Shown one piece after another: positions 27,791-38,199 of a stretch of DNA of 64,000 nucleotides. This stretch comes from Armatimonadota bacterium (GTDB lineage: Bacteria; Armatimonadota; Fimbriimonadia; Fimbriimonadales; GBS-DC): NCBI GenBank assembly GCA_037445735.1, contig JBBIJY010000008.1:40486-104485 (forward strand), written 5' to 3'. The notes beneath the pieces were generated by a model that was not told where the DNA came from, made no database searches, and was given only the letters and a program-made list of their open reading frames with translations. The translations under genes were made by a program, and so were the position numbers. Positions within the stretch are counted from its first letter, which is position 1. The number at the start of each line of letters is the position of its first letter.

Positions 27791-28504
27791 ATGGGTGTGC
27801 GCAAACCGCTGATTGGCATCAGCTGCAACTGGCGTGCAGAAGAGGACGGCTTTGGGGCACTGCAGATGGACGACGCCTACGCGCGGGCGGTCAGCCGTGC
27901 AGGCGGCATACCCGTGCTAATTCCGACGGGGGCGGACGCCGACGCCCTGGCAGACCAGCTGGATGGGCTGCTGATCCCTGGCGGCGCGGATATCGACCCG
28001 CAGCTTTTTGGCGAGGAGCCGCATCCGACGGTGCGAATCGTGGCACGCCCGCGCTTCGAGATGGAGTGGGCGCTGGTGCGGGCGTTCGAACAGCGGCGCA
28101 AGCCGATACTGGGCATCTGCTACGGGGCGCAACTGCTGAATGTATGGCGCGGCGGCTCACTCCATCAGCACCTGCCTGATCTGCCGTTCGTGACGCTCAA
28201 GCATCGCCGCGAGCCAGATGAGCCTGCGCTACCCCGCCACCCTGTGCAGCTGGAGCGCGACTCGCGCCTCCATGAGCTGATTGGGCAGGAGCAGTTCGAA
28301 ATCGTGAGCGCGCACCATCAGGCGGTCAAGGCGGTCGGTCGCGGGCTGCGCGTGGTCGCCCACTCGCCTGATGGCGTGATCGAAGCCGTTGAGGATGCGT
28401 CGTTGCCCTTCTTCATCGGCGTGCAGTGGCATCCTGAACGCGACCCCGATTCACCTGCCACGCACGCGCTGTTCGAAGCCTTCATTCGCGCGGCGGGGGT
28501 ATAA
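27791..28504 (+). CDS. Gamma-glutamyl hydrolase family protein (peptidase C26, class I glutamine amidotransferase)
   Basis: DGLLIPGGADIDP, PILGICYGAQ, HHQAV, GVQWHPE. Confidence 0.92.
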   Translation: MGVRKPLIGISCNWRAEEDGFGALQMDDAYARAVSRAGGIPVLIPTGADADALADQLDGLLIPGGADIDPQLFGEEPHPTVRIVARPRFEMEWALVRAFEQRRKPILGICYGAQLLNVWRGGSLHQHLPDLPFVTLKHRREPDEPALPRHPVQLERDSRLHELIGQEQFEIVSAHHQAVKAVGRGLRVVAHSPDGVIEAVEDASLPFFIGVQWHPERDPDSPATHALFEAFIRAAGV

Positions 28505-28523
28505 TCCCGATCGGAGACAAACG

Positions 28524-29435
28524 ATGGCGGATATTACGATGACCAATCGGCGGCTGCCGGAGTGGCTCACCATCCGCTTGCCGAAGCCCGACAAGATTCA
28601 GCAGGTGGAGGCGATGATGCGTGCCGCGCGCCTGCACACGGTGTGCGAGAGTGCGCGCTGCCCGAACCTGCCTGAATGCTGGTCGAAAGGCTCGGCGACT
28701 TTCATGATCCTGGGCGATGTGTGCACGCGCTCGTGCGGGTTCTGCGCCATCAAGACCGGTCGCCCGCTGGAGCTGGACCCGCAGGAGCCGATGCGCCTGG
28801 CGCAGGCAGCCCGCCGCATGGGGCTGAAACATATCGTGGTGACATCGGTCGCGCGGGACGATCTGCCCGACGGCGGCGCGGGTCAGTTCGCTGCCACCAT
28901 CCGCGCCCTGCACGAGACCATTCCGCACGCCATCGTGGAGGTGCTGACACCCGACTTCAAGGGCAAAGCCTGGTGCGTGCGGCGCGTGGTGGACGCCCAG
29001 CCAGAGATTTTCAACCATAATGTGGAGACGGTGCCGCGTTTACACGCGATTGTGCGTCCGCAGGCGCGTTATGAGCGCTCCCTGCGCGTGCTGGAGATGG
29101 TCAAAGAGATGGAGCCGACCATCTACACCAAGTCGGGGCTGATGCTGGGGCTGGGCGAAACGCAGGAGGAGGTCATTCAGGTGATGCGCGATTTGCGGAG
29201 CGTGGGGGTGGACGCGCTGACCATCGGGCAGTACCTGCGCCCCACCGCCCGCCACCTGCCCGTGCAGGAATATATCCATCCCGATGTGTTCAAAGAGTAT
29301 CAACAGATTGGCGAGCAGATGGGCTTTTTGTTTGTGGCGTCGGGACCCTTTATCCGCAGTTCGTATAACGCGATTGAGTTCTCGAAGCGCGTGATGGCGG
29401 AACGGTTGGCGAAGGTCGGTGCGGTGGAGAGTTAG
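28524..29435 (+). CDS. lipA: Lipoyl synthase
   Basis: TVCESARCPNLPECW, CTRSCGFC, NHNVETV, RSSY; TATAAT 28500-28505. Confidence 0.97.
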   Translation: MADITMTNRRLPEWLTIRLPKPDKIQQVEAMMRAARLHTVCESARCPNLPECWSKGSATFMILGDVCTRSCGFCAIKTGRPLELDPQEPMRLAQAARRMGLKHIVVTSVARDDLPDGGAGQFAATIRALHETIPHAIVEVLTPDFKGKAWCVRRVVDAQPEIFNHNVETVPRLHAIVRPQARYERSLRVLEMVKEMEPTIYTKSGLMLGLGETQEEVIQVMRDLRSVGVDALTIGQYLRPTARHLPVQEYIHPDVFKEYQQIGEQMGFLFVASGPFIRSSYNAIEFSKRVMAERLAKVGAVES

Positions 29436-32400
29436 GTTTTCGGCATGGCGACTGATTCAGGGCACGCTGGTGCTGCTACCCGCGTGCCTGCTGTTGCTGG
29501 TGGGCGGGTTCTACTGGGTGCGGGTGCGTCTGACCGCTGAGGGGCTGTTGCCTGCCGCTCTGCGTGACTATCTGCGCGAGCAAGCCGAGCTGGATGTTCA
29601 GATTGAGCGCGTGCGACTGGGCTGGAGGCGCGTTCAGGTGTGGAACCTCGCTATCAGCCTTCCCGACGGCACTCCCATCGGTCAGGCTCGCTATCTGGAG
29701 TTGCGTCCGACATCCCCCCTATCCCCCGTTCGGAGCGGTCTGCGCGTGCAGCTGGAGCGCCCGCGCGTGCAGCTATTGCGCGACGCGCAGGGACGCTGGA
29801 ATGTGGAGGCGTTGCTGCGCGGTGCACCCCGCCGACCCACCGCCCAGATTCCGATTGAGCTTGTTAGCACGGGCGGCGTGGTGGAGTTGCGCGATGCGTT
29901 CGTGCGCCCGCGCGTGGCGACCGATTTCCGCCTTCAGCAGATTCAACTGCGTCAGCCAGGCGGTTCGGTGGCGGTTCGCGCGGCAGGCGAGGCGTCCGGC
30001 GTCGGACGATGGCAACTGCACGCGCTCTCCGACGGCGAGCGATGGCGACTGGACATCAGCACGGACCGCCTGCTCTGGTCGTTCCTGCGACCCTATCTGG
30101 CGGGAACATCAATCCAGATGCAATCGGGCGAGGCTCGAGTGCAGGCGAGTCTGGTTTATGCGCCGCGCCAGCCGTTGCGCGTGATGGGCATGGCACAGGG
30201 GCACCTGCAGGGCGTGCGCTATGAGCAGCATGCCCTGCCGTGGCGCGAGCTGCAGTTTTCAGCGCAGTTCACCGAATCGGCACTGGATGCGCGCCTGCAT
30301 AGCCATGATCGCCGACTAACGGCGTCGGGCACGCTGGAACGGCTCACTCAAGCGTGGCGCTACAGGCTGATGCTGACGGCGCAGGGCGACGACGCCCGAC
30401 TGCTGGAGCGATACCTGCCCCCTGAACGGCGCGAGCAGCTCGCACAGAGCCTCCGCATGGCGGGGCGGTATGCCCTGCAGATACAGGCAGCGGGGCGCTG
30501 GCAACCGCGCAAAGTTATTCGGCAGGGGGTTCCTGCATGGCGCGACCTGCTGGTTCACACGAACGCTGTCGCCCTCGTTGAGCTGGCGAGCCTGCAGACG
30601 CCCGAAGGAACCCTGCAGGCGGTGCGTGCGCCGCTGCTGCTGTCAGGCGGGCAACTGCGCCTTGCCGATGGCACAGCGGACTTCGCAGGTGGATGGCTGC
30701 ACGCGAACGCGCTGGTCGACTTCACCGCGCGCCCTGCCCGCTTCACGCTGACTGCAACCGCCCGCAATGTCCAGCTCCAGCAGATTCCTGCACTGAATCG
30801 GCAGAAGCTCGGTGGCGTTGCCGCGCTGCAACTGCTGGGTGAGGGCACGCTGCAGAAGCCGCGTCTGGTCGCCAACATTTTCAGCGATATGCTTCGGCAG
30901 AACGGCGTTCGGCTGGGTGGATTGCGCGCCCGCCTGCACTATGCGGGCAACCGCATCGAGATTCCCGTTGCGCTGTTGCAGGGCGCGATTGGCTCGGTGC
31001 AGGTGGCGGGGCAGCTGGAATGGCGCGGGAGCCGCCTTCCAGTCCCCGATCAGACGCGCCTGAACCTGCGCCTTGCAGCGGACGAGCTGGATTTGAACCG
31101 ACTCGCCAGCCTGTTCGGCTACCAGGAGGGCGTGCTGGGCTACTGGGAGTCTTCGGACGGCTCGCAACCGCGCAGGGTGCTTCGGCTGGACGGCATCGCC
31201 TATCTGCGCGGCACGCTCAACGGCACGCTGAGTCAGCCCGTGCTGCAGGCGCAGGCGACCGTGTTCGACGGGCGACTGGGCGACATCGGCATGGAGCTGG
31301 TCGCGTCCCGATTGACCTTCCGCGAGCGCCGCATCAGGCTGCCAGAGATTGTGATTTATCGGCGCACTGCTGTCGCGCAGGCAAGCGGCGAGATAGAGCT
31401 GCCTGCCGCCGGGGAGCGAGGTGCCGTTCGGTTCCACGCGCAGGGGCGCATCACCGATTTCGATCTGGCAACGCTCACCGAGTGGAGCGAGACGCCCATC
31501 CGTATCGGCGGGCTGGCGAACCTCTCTTTCGCGCTCGACGGCACGCCCGAAAGGTTCACGCTCACAGGTGATCTGGATGCGGAGCGAACCCAGATCGACC
31601 AGATTGCCACCAATCACGCCGCAGCGCAGTTCCGCATCGCGCGCGACGCTGATCAGACCACCGTGCGACTGGACACGGCGCAGGTTCAGCTGCAGGGCGG
31701 TGTCGTGTCGGGGCAGATGCAGCTGATAGCCGATTCAGAGAGCACGCGCGTGGATGCCGACTGGAACGCGCGGGCGGTGCCGCTGACCGTGCTGGCGCCC
31801 TATCTGCCGCCCGATTATCGGCTGCAGGGCGTGCTGAACGCCTCAGGTCAGGTGCGGGGCACGCTCGACGCGCCGCACGCCGACGCGCGCTGGCAGCTGA
31901 GCGACCTCATGCTGAACAGGGTCGCGCTCGGCAGCGCCACTGGCACCGCTCGCTGGACGCCCAGCCCCGAAGGCGGGCGCACCGACGGCATGCTAAGCCT
32001 GCAGGCGAGGCTCGATGCGCCCGATGGCAGCGTTCAGATAGAGAGCCTGCGCTATCAGACAGGCGATAAGGCTCTCGCCGCGCAGGGCACGCTCGAGGCG
32101 ATCCCGCTTCCATATCTCTATCGGCTCGCGCTCGCGCTGCCAGTGGAACTGCCACCCGAACTTGTGGAACGCGCCGACACGCTCGATGGGCGGCTCAGCG
32201 TGCGCTGGCAGCTCGCTGGCTCGACGGAACAGCCCCAGCTCGCCTTTGATGGACGCGCTGTGCAGTTAGCCTGGAACGGGCAGGCGCTGGGCGAGCTGCA
32301 GGCGCAGGGCGAGTGGAGCCAGCAGCAGCTGAGCCTGCAGGTGAGCTGGCAGGCGGAATCGGCACGGCTCAAAGCGCAGGGCACTCTGCGCGAAGATGCG

Positions 32401-34134
32401 CTGAACGCCGAGATGGAGCTAACCCGGTTCCCGCTGGAATGGGCGCGCCTGTGGGAGCCGAGCCTGCCCGCCATCAGGGGCAATCTCGACATCAGCGCGC
32501 AGGCAGCGGGCGATCCTGACCAGCCGAATCTGACCCTCAGCGCAACGGTGCAGAACCTGACCATCCCGCTGCCCGCGCCTTCCGCAGAGCCATCAGGCGA
32601 GCCAGAACAACCCGCTCCACCCCAGCTGACCATCGATCAGCTGCTGTTCAGCCGAATCGATGTGCGCGAGGGCGTGATTGAAACCGACGACGCACTGATC
32701 CAGATTCGGGGCTATCGGGCGCGGCTATCGGGGCGGCTGCCGTTCCACTGGTCGCCCATTCGTATCCCGCGCGACGAGCCGCTTGCGGTTCAGCTTGTGT
32801 TGAACGAGCAGCCGTTGCGCATTCTGGAGCTGGCGCTGCCGGTGGACGCCGAGCGCACGCAGGGCGTCCTGAACGCGCGTCTGGAGATTGGCGGCACGCT
32901 GGATACGCTTCAACCGCGCGGGGAGCTGAGCGTCACAGGCGGCAGCCTCGCCCTCGAATCGTACAGCTCCTACCTTCAGGAGCTGGGTCTGCAGGTGGAA
33001 TTTGATGGCCAGCGGGCGCGGATTGTGCAGGCGCAGGCGCGCTCCTCCGCTGGTGGGACGGTTCAGCTCGAAGGCGAGGTCGATGTGGCGCGGGAAGAGC
33101 CAGCACTGGCGTTGACGGGCACGCTGAACGGCTTCACCATCAACGAGCCGCGCCTACCTATCGGCGGCAGTGCGTTCGGGCGAATCGACGGCAGCGCGAC
33201 GCTACAGGGCACGCTCCAGCAGCCGCAGCTCGTTGCACGCCTGCAGGTGCGGGACGGCTTCTTGAGCCTGCCTGCCGAGCTGCAGGTCGCGCCCGGCGGC
33301 TTTGCCCCGCCGCTGAACCCTGACCTGGATGTGCAGGTCGCGATCGCGCGCGGCTTCACCCTGCGCAACCCGAACCTGGACGCGCGCATGGAGGGTTCCC
33401 TGCAGATAGCGGGCACGGTGCGCGAGCCACGCGCGAGCGGCACCTTCAGCCTGCTGGGCGGCTCGCTCAAGCTGCCCACCGCCCGCCTGCGCCTCGAACC
33501 GGAAGGCGTCATCATGCTGACCTATCCGTACACCGCGCCCACAGGCGAAGTGATTGCTCGCCTCAATCTGGATGTGCGGGCAACCACCACCGTCGTCGCG
33601 CTGGACTACACGGGCGACCCCCAACGCTATCGCGTGGAGCTGGACATTCGCGGACCGCTGGACGACCCGGAACGGTTCCAGATGGTGGCGCGTTCCGACC
33701 CGCCGGGTCTTTCGGAACAGCGCATTTTGAGCCTGCTGGGGCGCGGCGCCGCGCTCGAATCGCTCGCGCGCGGGGGCGACCCCGTTCAAATCTTCCGTCA
33801 GCAACTCAGCGAGATGCTCACCGGGCAGGTGCTGCCCGGTCTGTTCTACCCGTTCGAGACAGAGGTCGCCGAAGCGCTGGGGCTGGAACAGTTCGCGCTG
33901 GACTACACGGGCGTCGCACCCGCCACCCTCTATCTGGTGAAGGAGCTGTTCAACGGCTTCGGCATCAGCTATCGGCGCAGCCTTTCGCTCGCCAACCCGC
34001 AATATGAGGTGCGCCTCTTCTATCGGCTGCCCTTCCGCAACCGATTCCTGCAACGGCTCAAACTCGGCTGGGGCTTCGATAACGCCCAGCGCAACTTCTT
34101 CTTCTTCATCGAAGGCAGCCTACTCTTCCGCTAA
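29419..34134 (+). CDS. TamB/AsmA-like translocation and assembly module protein
   Basis: 1571 aa, N-terminal TM, long amphipathic beta repeats (G.L..P), C-terminal SDPPGLSEQRILSLL motif. Confidence 0.85.
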   Translation: MRWRVRFSAWRLIQGTLVLLPACLLLLVGGFYWVRVRLTAEGLLPAALRDYLREQAELDVQIERVRLGWRRVQVWNLAISLPDGTPIGQARYLELRPTSPLSPVRSGLRVQLERPRVQLLRDAQGRWNVEALLRGAPRRPTAQIPIELVSTGGVVELRDAFVRPRVATDFRLQQIQLRQPGGSVAVRAAGEASGVGRWQLHALSDGERWRLDISTDRLLWSFLRPYLAGTSIQMQSGEARVQASLVYAPRQPLRVMGMAQGHLQGVRYEQHALPWRELQFSAQFTESALDARLHSHDRRLTASGTLERLTQAWRYRLMLTAQGDDARLLERYLPPERREQLAQSLRMAGRYALQIQAAGRWQPRKVIRQGVPAWRDLLVHTNAVALVELASLQTPEGTLQAVRAPLLLSGGQLRLADGTADFAGGWLHANALVDFTARPARFTLTATARNVQLQQIPALNRQKLGGVAALQLLGEGTLQKPRLVANIFSDMLRQNGVRLGGLRARLHYAGNRIEIPVALLQGAIGSVQVAGQLEWRGSRLPVPDQTRLNLRLAADELDLNRLASLFGYQEGVLGYWESSDGSQPRRVLRLDGIAYLRGTLNGTLSQPVLQAQATVFDGRLGDIGMELVASRLTFRERRIRLPEIVIYRRTAVAQASGEIELPAAGERGAVRFHAQGRITDFDLATLTEWSETPIRIGGLANLSFALDGTPERFTLTGDLDAERTQIDQIATNHAAAQFRIARDADQTTVRLDTAQVQLQGGVVSGQMQLIADSESTRVDADWNARAVPLTVLAPYLPPDYRLQGVLNASGQVRGTLDAPHADARWQLSDLMLNRVALGSATGTARWTPSPEGGRTDGMLSLQARLDAPDGSVQIESLRYQTGDKALAAQGTLEAIPLPYLYRLALALPVELPPELVERADTLDGRLSVRWQLAGSTEQPQLAFDGRAVQLAWNGQALGELQAQGEWSQQQLSLQVSWQAESARLKAQGTLREDALNAEMELTRFPLEWARLWEPSLPAIRGNLDISAQAAGDPDQPNLTLSATVQNLTIPLPAPSAEPSGEPEQPAPPQLTIDQLLFSRIDVREGVIETDDALIQIRGYRARLSGRLPFHWSPIRIPRDEPLAVQLVLNEQPLRILELALPVDAERTQGVLNARLEIGGTLDTLQPRGELSVTGGSLALESYSSYLQELGLQVEFDGQRARIVQAQARSSAGGTVQLEGEVDVAREEPALALTGTLNGFTINEPRLPIGGSAFGRIDGSATLQGTLQQPQLVARLQVRDGFLSLPAELQVAPGGFAPPLNPDLDVQVAIARGFTLRNPNLDARMEGSLQIAGTVREPRASGTFSLLGGSLKLPTARLRLEPEGVIMLTYPYTAPTGEVIARLNLDVRATTTVVALDYTGDPQRYRVELDIRGPLDDPERFQMVARSDPPGLSEQRILSLLGRGAALESLARGGDPVQIFRQQLSEMLTGQVLPGLFYPFETEVAEALGLEQFALDYTGVAPATLYLVKELFNGFGISYRRSLSLANPQYEVRLFYRLPFRNRFLQRLKLGWGFDNAQRNFFFFIEGSLLFR

Positions 34135-34137
34135 ACA

Positions 34138-34164
34138 GCAGGAATCGCCGTCTTGGCGACGAAT
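34138..34164 (+). promoter_or_regulatory. SigH-like promoter GCAGGA-N17-GAAT
   Basis: Exact motif and spacing upstream of 34191. Confidence 0.6.
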
Positions 34165-34190
34165 CGCCCTCGCGAGGAGGGTTAACAACG

Positions 34191-34586
34191 ATGCGAGCCT
34201 ATCTGATAGCATGCGCGCTCGGCGTCCTGATGGGGATGCCAATCCTGGCACAGAAGAAACCAGAGGAGCAACCCATCCGCACCACCATCGCCGCCATCCA
34301 GAAAGACCCCGACAAGTTCCACAAGAAGCTGGTGCAGGTGGAGGGCAAAATCAGCGACTATAAGGAGAAAACCTCCCGCGCGGGCAACACCTACACCACC
34401 TTCAAACTGGAGCAGGACGGGCAGAAGCTGACCGTCTTCTCCTATGGGCATCTCAAGCTCAGGGATGGCGACGCGGTGGTCGTGGTCGGGCGCTATTACA
34501 AGGAGCGGCGTGTCGGACGCGCCACCTTCCGCAACGAGATCGACGCCAGCAGCCGCGAAGGGGGTAAAATCACGAAGCAGGAGTGA
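34191..34586 (+). CDS. Secreted OB-fold protein
   Basis: Signal peptide; KLVQVEGKI..YTTFKL..LRDGDAVVVVGRY; RBS AGGAGG. Confidence 0.75.
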   Translation: MRAYLIACALGVLMGMPILAQKKPEEQPIRTTIAAIQKDPDKFHKKLVQVEGKISDYKEKTSRAGNTYTTFKLEQDGQKLTVFSYGHLKLRDGDAVVVVGRYYKERRVGRATFRNEIDASSREGGKITKQE

Positions 34587-34592
34587 AACCCT

Positions 34593-36128
34593 ATGGCGAA
34601 TCGGGAGCGAACGAACGGAGCGGCGCGACGCGACGGACAACGCTGGGACTACTCACCGGCGCCCGAAGCCCGCAATATCGTCAAAATCAAGCCGCGCTAC
34701 GGGCTGTTCATCAACGGCGAGTTCGTGGAGCCGAAAAGCGGGCAATATTTCCAGACCATCAACCCTGCCACCGAAGAGGTGCTGGCGGAGGTCGCCTACG
34801 CGGGACCTGAGGATATAGACCGCGCGGTGCGCGCCGCCCGCGAAGCCTATGAAAAAATCTGGAACAAGCTGCCTGGCAAGGAGCGGGCGAAGTATCTGTT
34901 TCGCATCGCACGCATCCTGCAGGAGCGCTCGCGCGAGTTCGCCGTGCTGGAGAGCCTGGATGGGGGCAAGCCGATCCGCGAATCGCGCGATGTGGACATC
35001 CCGCTGGCGTCGGCGCACTTCTTCTATCACGCCGGCTGGGCAGACAAACTCGAATATGCCTTTCAGGGTCGCAAGCCACGTCCGTTGGGCGTCGCGGGGC
35101 AGATTATCCCGTGGAACTTCCCGCTGCTGATGGCAGCGTGGAAGATCGCGCCCGCGCTCGCCTGCGGCAACACCGTCGTGCTGAAGCCCGCTGAAACCAC
35201 CCCGCTCACCGCGCTCCTGCTCTGCGAGGTGTTCCAGCAAGCCGAGCTGCCGCCTGGCGTGGTCAACATCGTCACAGGCGACGGTCAAACGGGCGCATGG
35301 CTCGTGCAACATCCCGATCTGGATAAAATCGCCTTCACGGGCAGCACCGAAGTCGGCAAAAAGATTCAGAAAGCGGTCGCCGGCACGCGCAAACGGCTCA
35401 CGCTGGAGCTGGGCGGTAAAGCCGCCAATGTCATCTTCGAAGACGCCGCCATCGACCAGGCGATTGAAGGCATCGTGAACGGCATCTACTTCAATCAGGG
35501 TCATGTGTGCTGTGCGGGCAGTCGCCTGCTGGTGGAGGAGAGCATCTTCGAGGTGGTGGTGCGCAAGCTCCGGCGGCGCATCGAGCTGCTGCGCGTGGGC
35601 GACCCGCTGGATAAGAACACCGATGTGGGCGCCATCAACTCGCTGGCGCAACTGCGCAAGATCGAGCATCTGGTGCAGGTGGGCGTTCAGGAGGGCGCGG
35701 AGATTCACCAGAGCAGCTGCCCCCTGCCCGAACGCGGCTACTGGTTCCGCCCCACCTTCTTCACCCGTGTGAGCATGGCGCACACAATCGCCCGCGAGGA
35801 GATTTTCGGTCCCGTGCTGGCGATATTGACCTTCCGCACGCCCGAAGAGGCAGCCGAAATCGCCAACAACACGCGCTATGGGCTGTCGGCAGGTGTGTGG
35901 ACGAACAAGGGCAGCAAATATCTGGCGTTCGCCTCGCGCGTCAAAGCGGGCGTCGTCTGGTGCAACACCTACAACAAGTTCGACCCTGCCAGCCCGTTCG
36001 GGGGCTACAAGGAGAGTGGCTTCGGGCGCGAGGGCGGTATCCACGGCTTGAGCGCGTATGTCGCCCTGCCGTCACCCCCGCTTCCGCCCGTGGAGGGTCA
36101 ACCGCTCAGCGAGGCAGCAGGGGGCTGA
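34593..36128 (+). CDS. NAD-dependent aldehyde dehydrogenase
   Basis: IIPWNFP, FTGSTEVG, LELGGKAA, NQGHVCCAGSR, EEIFGPV, FGGYKESG. Confidence 0.96.
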   Translation: MANRERTNGAARRDGQRWDYSPAPEARNIVKIKPRYGLFINGEFVEPKSGQYFQTINPATEEVLAEVAYAGPEDIDRAVRAAREAYEKIWNKLPGKERAKYLFRIARILQERSREFAVLESLDGGKPIRESRDVDIPLASAHFFYHAGWADKLEYAFQGRKPRPLGVAGQIIPWNFPLLMAAWKIAPALACGNTVVLKPAETTPLTALLLCEVFQQAELPPGVVNIVTGDGQTGAWLVQHPDLDKIAFTGSTEVGKKIQKAVAGTRKRLTLELGGKAANVIFEDAAIDQAIEGIVNGIYFNQGHVCCAGSRLLVEESIFEVVVRKLRRRIELLRVGDPLDKNTDVGAINSLAQLRKIEHLVQVGVQEGAEIHQSSCPLPERGYWFRPTFFTRVSMAHTIAREEIFGPVLAILTFRTPEEAAEIANNTRYGLSAGVWTNKGSKYLAFASRVKAGVVWCNTYNKFDPASPFGGYKESGFGREGGIHGLSAYVALPSPPLPPVEGQPLSEAAGG

Positions 36129-36481
36129 TGATGCGACTGGTTGGCGTGCTGGCAGCAGTTGCCATTCTGGGGATTTTGCTGATGGTGTGGCTCTATTACG
36201 GCACGGGCGGGCGTTCGGGGAATGTGCCCGGCGCACCGCCCGTGAGCCGTATTAGCGAAACGAAGCAGGCGGCGCACAGCGTGGAGTGCCGCAACAACCT
36301 CAGCCAGATTCGAGCCGCCATCCAGATGCGTCAGGGTTCCGACGAGAGCCTGCCCGCCTCCCTTAACGAACTTGGACTGCCCGACAGCATGCTCAAATGC
36401 CCTGTATCAGGTCAGCCCTACCAGTACGACCCCAGCACCGGTACCGTCAAATGCACCACACCGGGACATATGCGCTATTGA
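36128..36481 (+). CDS. Small pilin-like membrane protein without prepilin cleavage site
   Basis: N-terminal TM; CRNNLSQIRAAIQM..LPASLNEL..CPVSGQPY..VKC..GH. Confidence 0.7.
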   Translation: MMRLVGVLAAVAILGILLMVWLYYGTGGRSGNVPGAPPVSRISETKQAAHSVECRNNLSQIRAAIQMRQGSDESLPASLNELGLPDSMLKCPVSGQPYQYDPSTGTVKCTTPGHMRY

Positions 36482-36565
36482 TGTGAGGCTCCTTTTTGCA
36501 AACTTGAGAAATGGGTGCTGCAAGAGGGCGTCGAATAGATAACCCAAACACAGGAGGTGAAAGGC

Positions 36566-37336
36566 ATGCGTTGTGCAATATGGCTGAGCATGACGCTGGT
36601 GTGCGCGCTGCTGTGGGCACAGCACGATGTGGCGGATGTGCCCTCGGAGCGACTGCAGGCGGATAACGACCCGAAAAAGACCTACTTCCTGATTGGTCCC
36701 TACAAAGATGCACCTCGCCCCGAAGGCGGCTATCGGCTCCTGCTGATTTTGCCTGGTGGCGATGGCAGCGCCGAGTTCAACCCGTTCTGCAGGCGCATCT
36801 ACAAGTACGCGCTGAACTCCAACTACATCGTGGCGCAGCTGGTCGCCCCGAAGTGGTCGGAGGACCAGTTCGAGAATGTGGTCTGGCCGACGCAGAAGCT
36901 CTCCTGGTCGACGGCGAAGTTCACCACCGAAGAGTTCATCGAGGCGGTGATTGCCGATGTGAAGAAGCGGTACCCCATCGACTCGCGCTACATCTTCGCG
37001 CTGGGCTGGTCATCGGGCGGTCCAGCCGTTTATTCCGCAGCGTTGCAGGAGCAGACCTCCCTGCGCGGCGCGTTTGTCGCCATGTCGGTCTTCAAGCCGA
37101 ACCAGTTGCCCTCGCTGGACAACGCGAAAGGGCGCGCCTTCTACATTCTGCACTCGCCGCAGGACTTTATCCCCATTCGCATGGCGGAGCAGGCAGAGAC
37201 GCAGCTGAGCGGGCGTGGGGCGCGGGTCAAACTGGCGACCTACGAGGGCGGGCACGGCTGGCGCGGCGATGTGTACGGCAACATCAGTGCGGGCATCCGC
37301 TGGCTGGAGGAGCAGGCGAGCAGATTGAAGCGTTAG
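36566..37336 (+). CDS. Secreted alpha/beta hydrolase (esterase-like)
   Basis: Signal peptide, GWSSGG nucleophile motif, HSPQD, GGH; RBS AGGAGG. Confidence 0.85.
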   Translation: MRCAIWLSMTLVCALLWAQHDVADVPSERLQADNDPKKTYFLIGPYKDAPRPEGGYRLLLILPGGDGSAEFNPFCRRIYKYALNSNYIVAQLVAPKWSEDQFENVVWPTQKLSWSTAKFTTEEFIEAVIADVKKRYPIDSRYIFALGWSSGGPAVYSAALQEQTSLRGAFVAMSVFKPNQLPSLDNAKGRAFYILHSPQDFIPIRMAEQAETQLSGRGARVKLATYEGGHGWRGDVYGNISAGIRWLEEQASRLKR

Positions 37337-37427
37337 AGGCTGTCCAGGAAAAGGCACCGAGTAATAAAGCACGACCGATTGCCGCGGCGGGTGGAATACC
37401 AGCAGCGCAATAGCCGACTATCGCTGG

Positions 37428-37521
37428 CGGCTAAAGCCGTTCCTGTGCAAACGAAGCCGACCTTCGTCGGCTTCATAGCCAGCGCAGGCTGGCTTTGTCT
37501 GGTCAGGAACGGCTTTAGCCG
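37428..37521. repeat. REPIN-like nested inverted repeat
   Basis: Perfect 18-bp arms 37428-37445 / 37504-37521 enclosing hairpins 37453-37474 and 37477-37494. Confidence 0.8.
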
Positions 37522-37632
37522 TCTGGTTCAGGGCTGGCATCGTCGCCTCCGTATTGATTGGATGATTCGCGGGGCATCGTTTCCTGCTCATCGGCAGGAG
37601 TCGGGTAGAGCCTGTCGAAAGGGAAATCTGCG

Positions 37633-38196
37633 ATGAGCGACAGGGTTTCTGGTGAACAGGTGCCTTATCGGCGTGGGCGCACTTCGTGCTGGGTTCTGGG
37701 CGGGCTGGGCTGCCTGGGACTGCTCATCCTCGCCTTCGTGGGGATTTACCTGCTGGGGCGCGCCATCCAGCAGTCGTTCGGCGGGGTCATTCAGCAATCG
37801 GAACAGATGGAGCGGATGGTCATCCCGCGCATGAAGAGCATCTATCAGGCACTCCAGCGGTATGCAGCCGACCATAACGGCAAATATCCGCCCAATCTGC
37901 AGGCGCTGGCGCCCAGATATCTGGATCAATCTTATCTGCAGCCGATCGCGGTGCAGGGTCAGAAGACGCCCATCAAGATTATCTACAAGCCGCCGAAGCC
38001 CGACGCGCCGCCCGACACCATCGTGCTGGAGCATCAGCCGCCCATCGTGATGAAGTTCGGCATGTTCGGCGAGTCGGTGGAGACGCGCATCACCCTGCAG
38101 GTTCAGAAGGACGGGCAGATCTCGCAAATGCAGGAGACCCTCTCATCTTCGGGCGGGCGGCGGGTGCGCCAGCGGGTGCGTCCTGCGGGACCGTAG
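37633..38196 (+). CDS. Membrane-anchored pilin-like hypothetical protein
   Basis: CWVLGGLGCLGLL TM; MKSIYQALQRYAADHNGKYPPNLQALAPRYL pseudopilin-like helix; GCAGGA-N17-GAAA at 37594-37620. Confidence 0.7.
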   Translation: MSDRVSGEQVPYRRGRTSCWVLGGLGCLGLLILAFVGIYLLGRAIQQSFGGVIQQSEQMERMVIPRMKSIYQALQRYAADHNGKYPPNLQALAPRYLDQSYLQPIAVQGQKTPIKIIYKPPKPDAPPDTIVLEHQPPIVMKFGMFGESVETRITLQVQKDGQISQMQETLSSSGGRRVRQRVRPAGP

Positions 38197-38199
38197 GGC

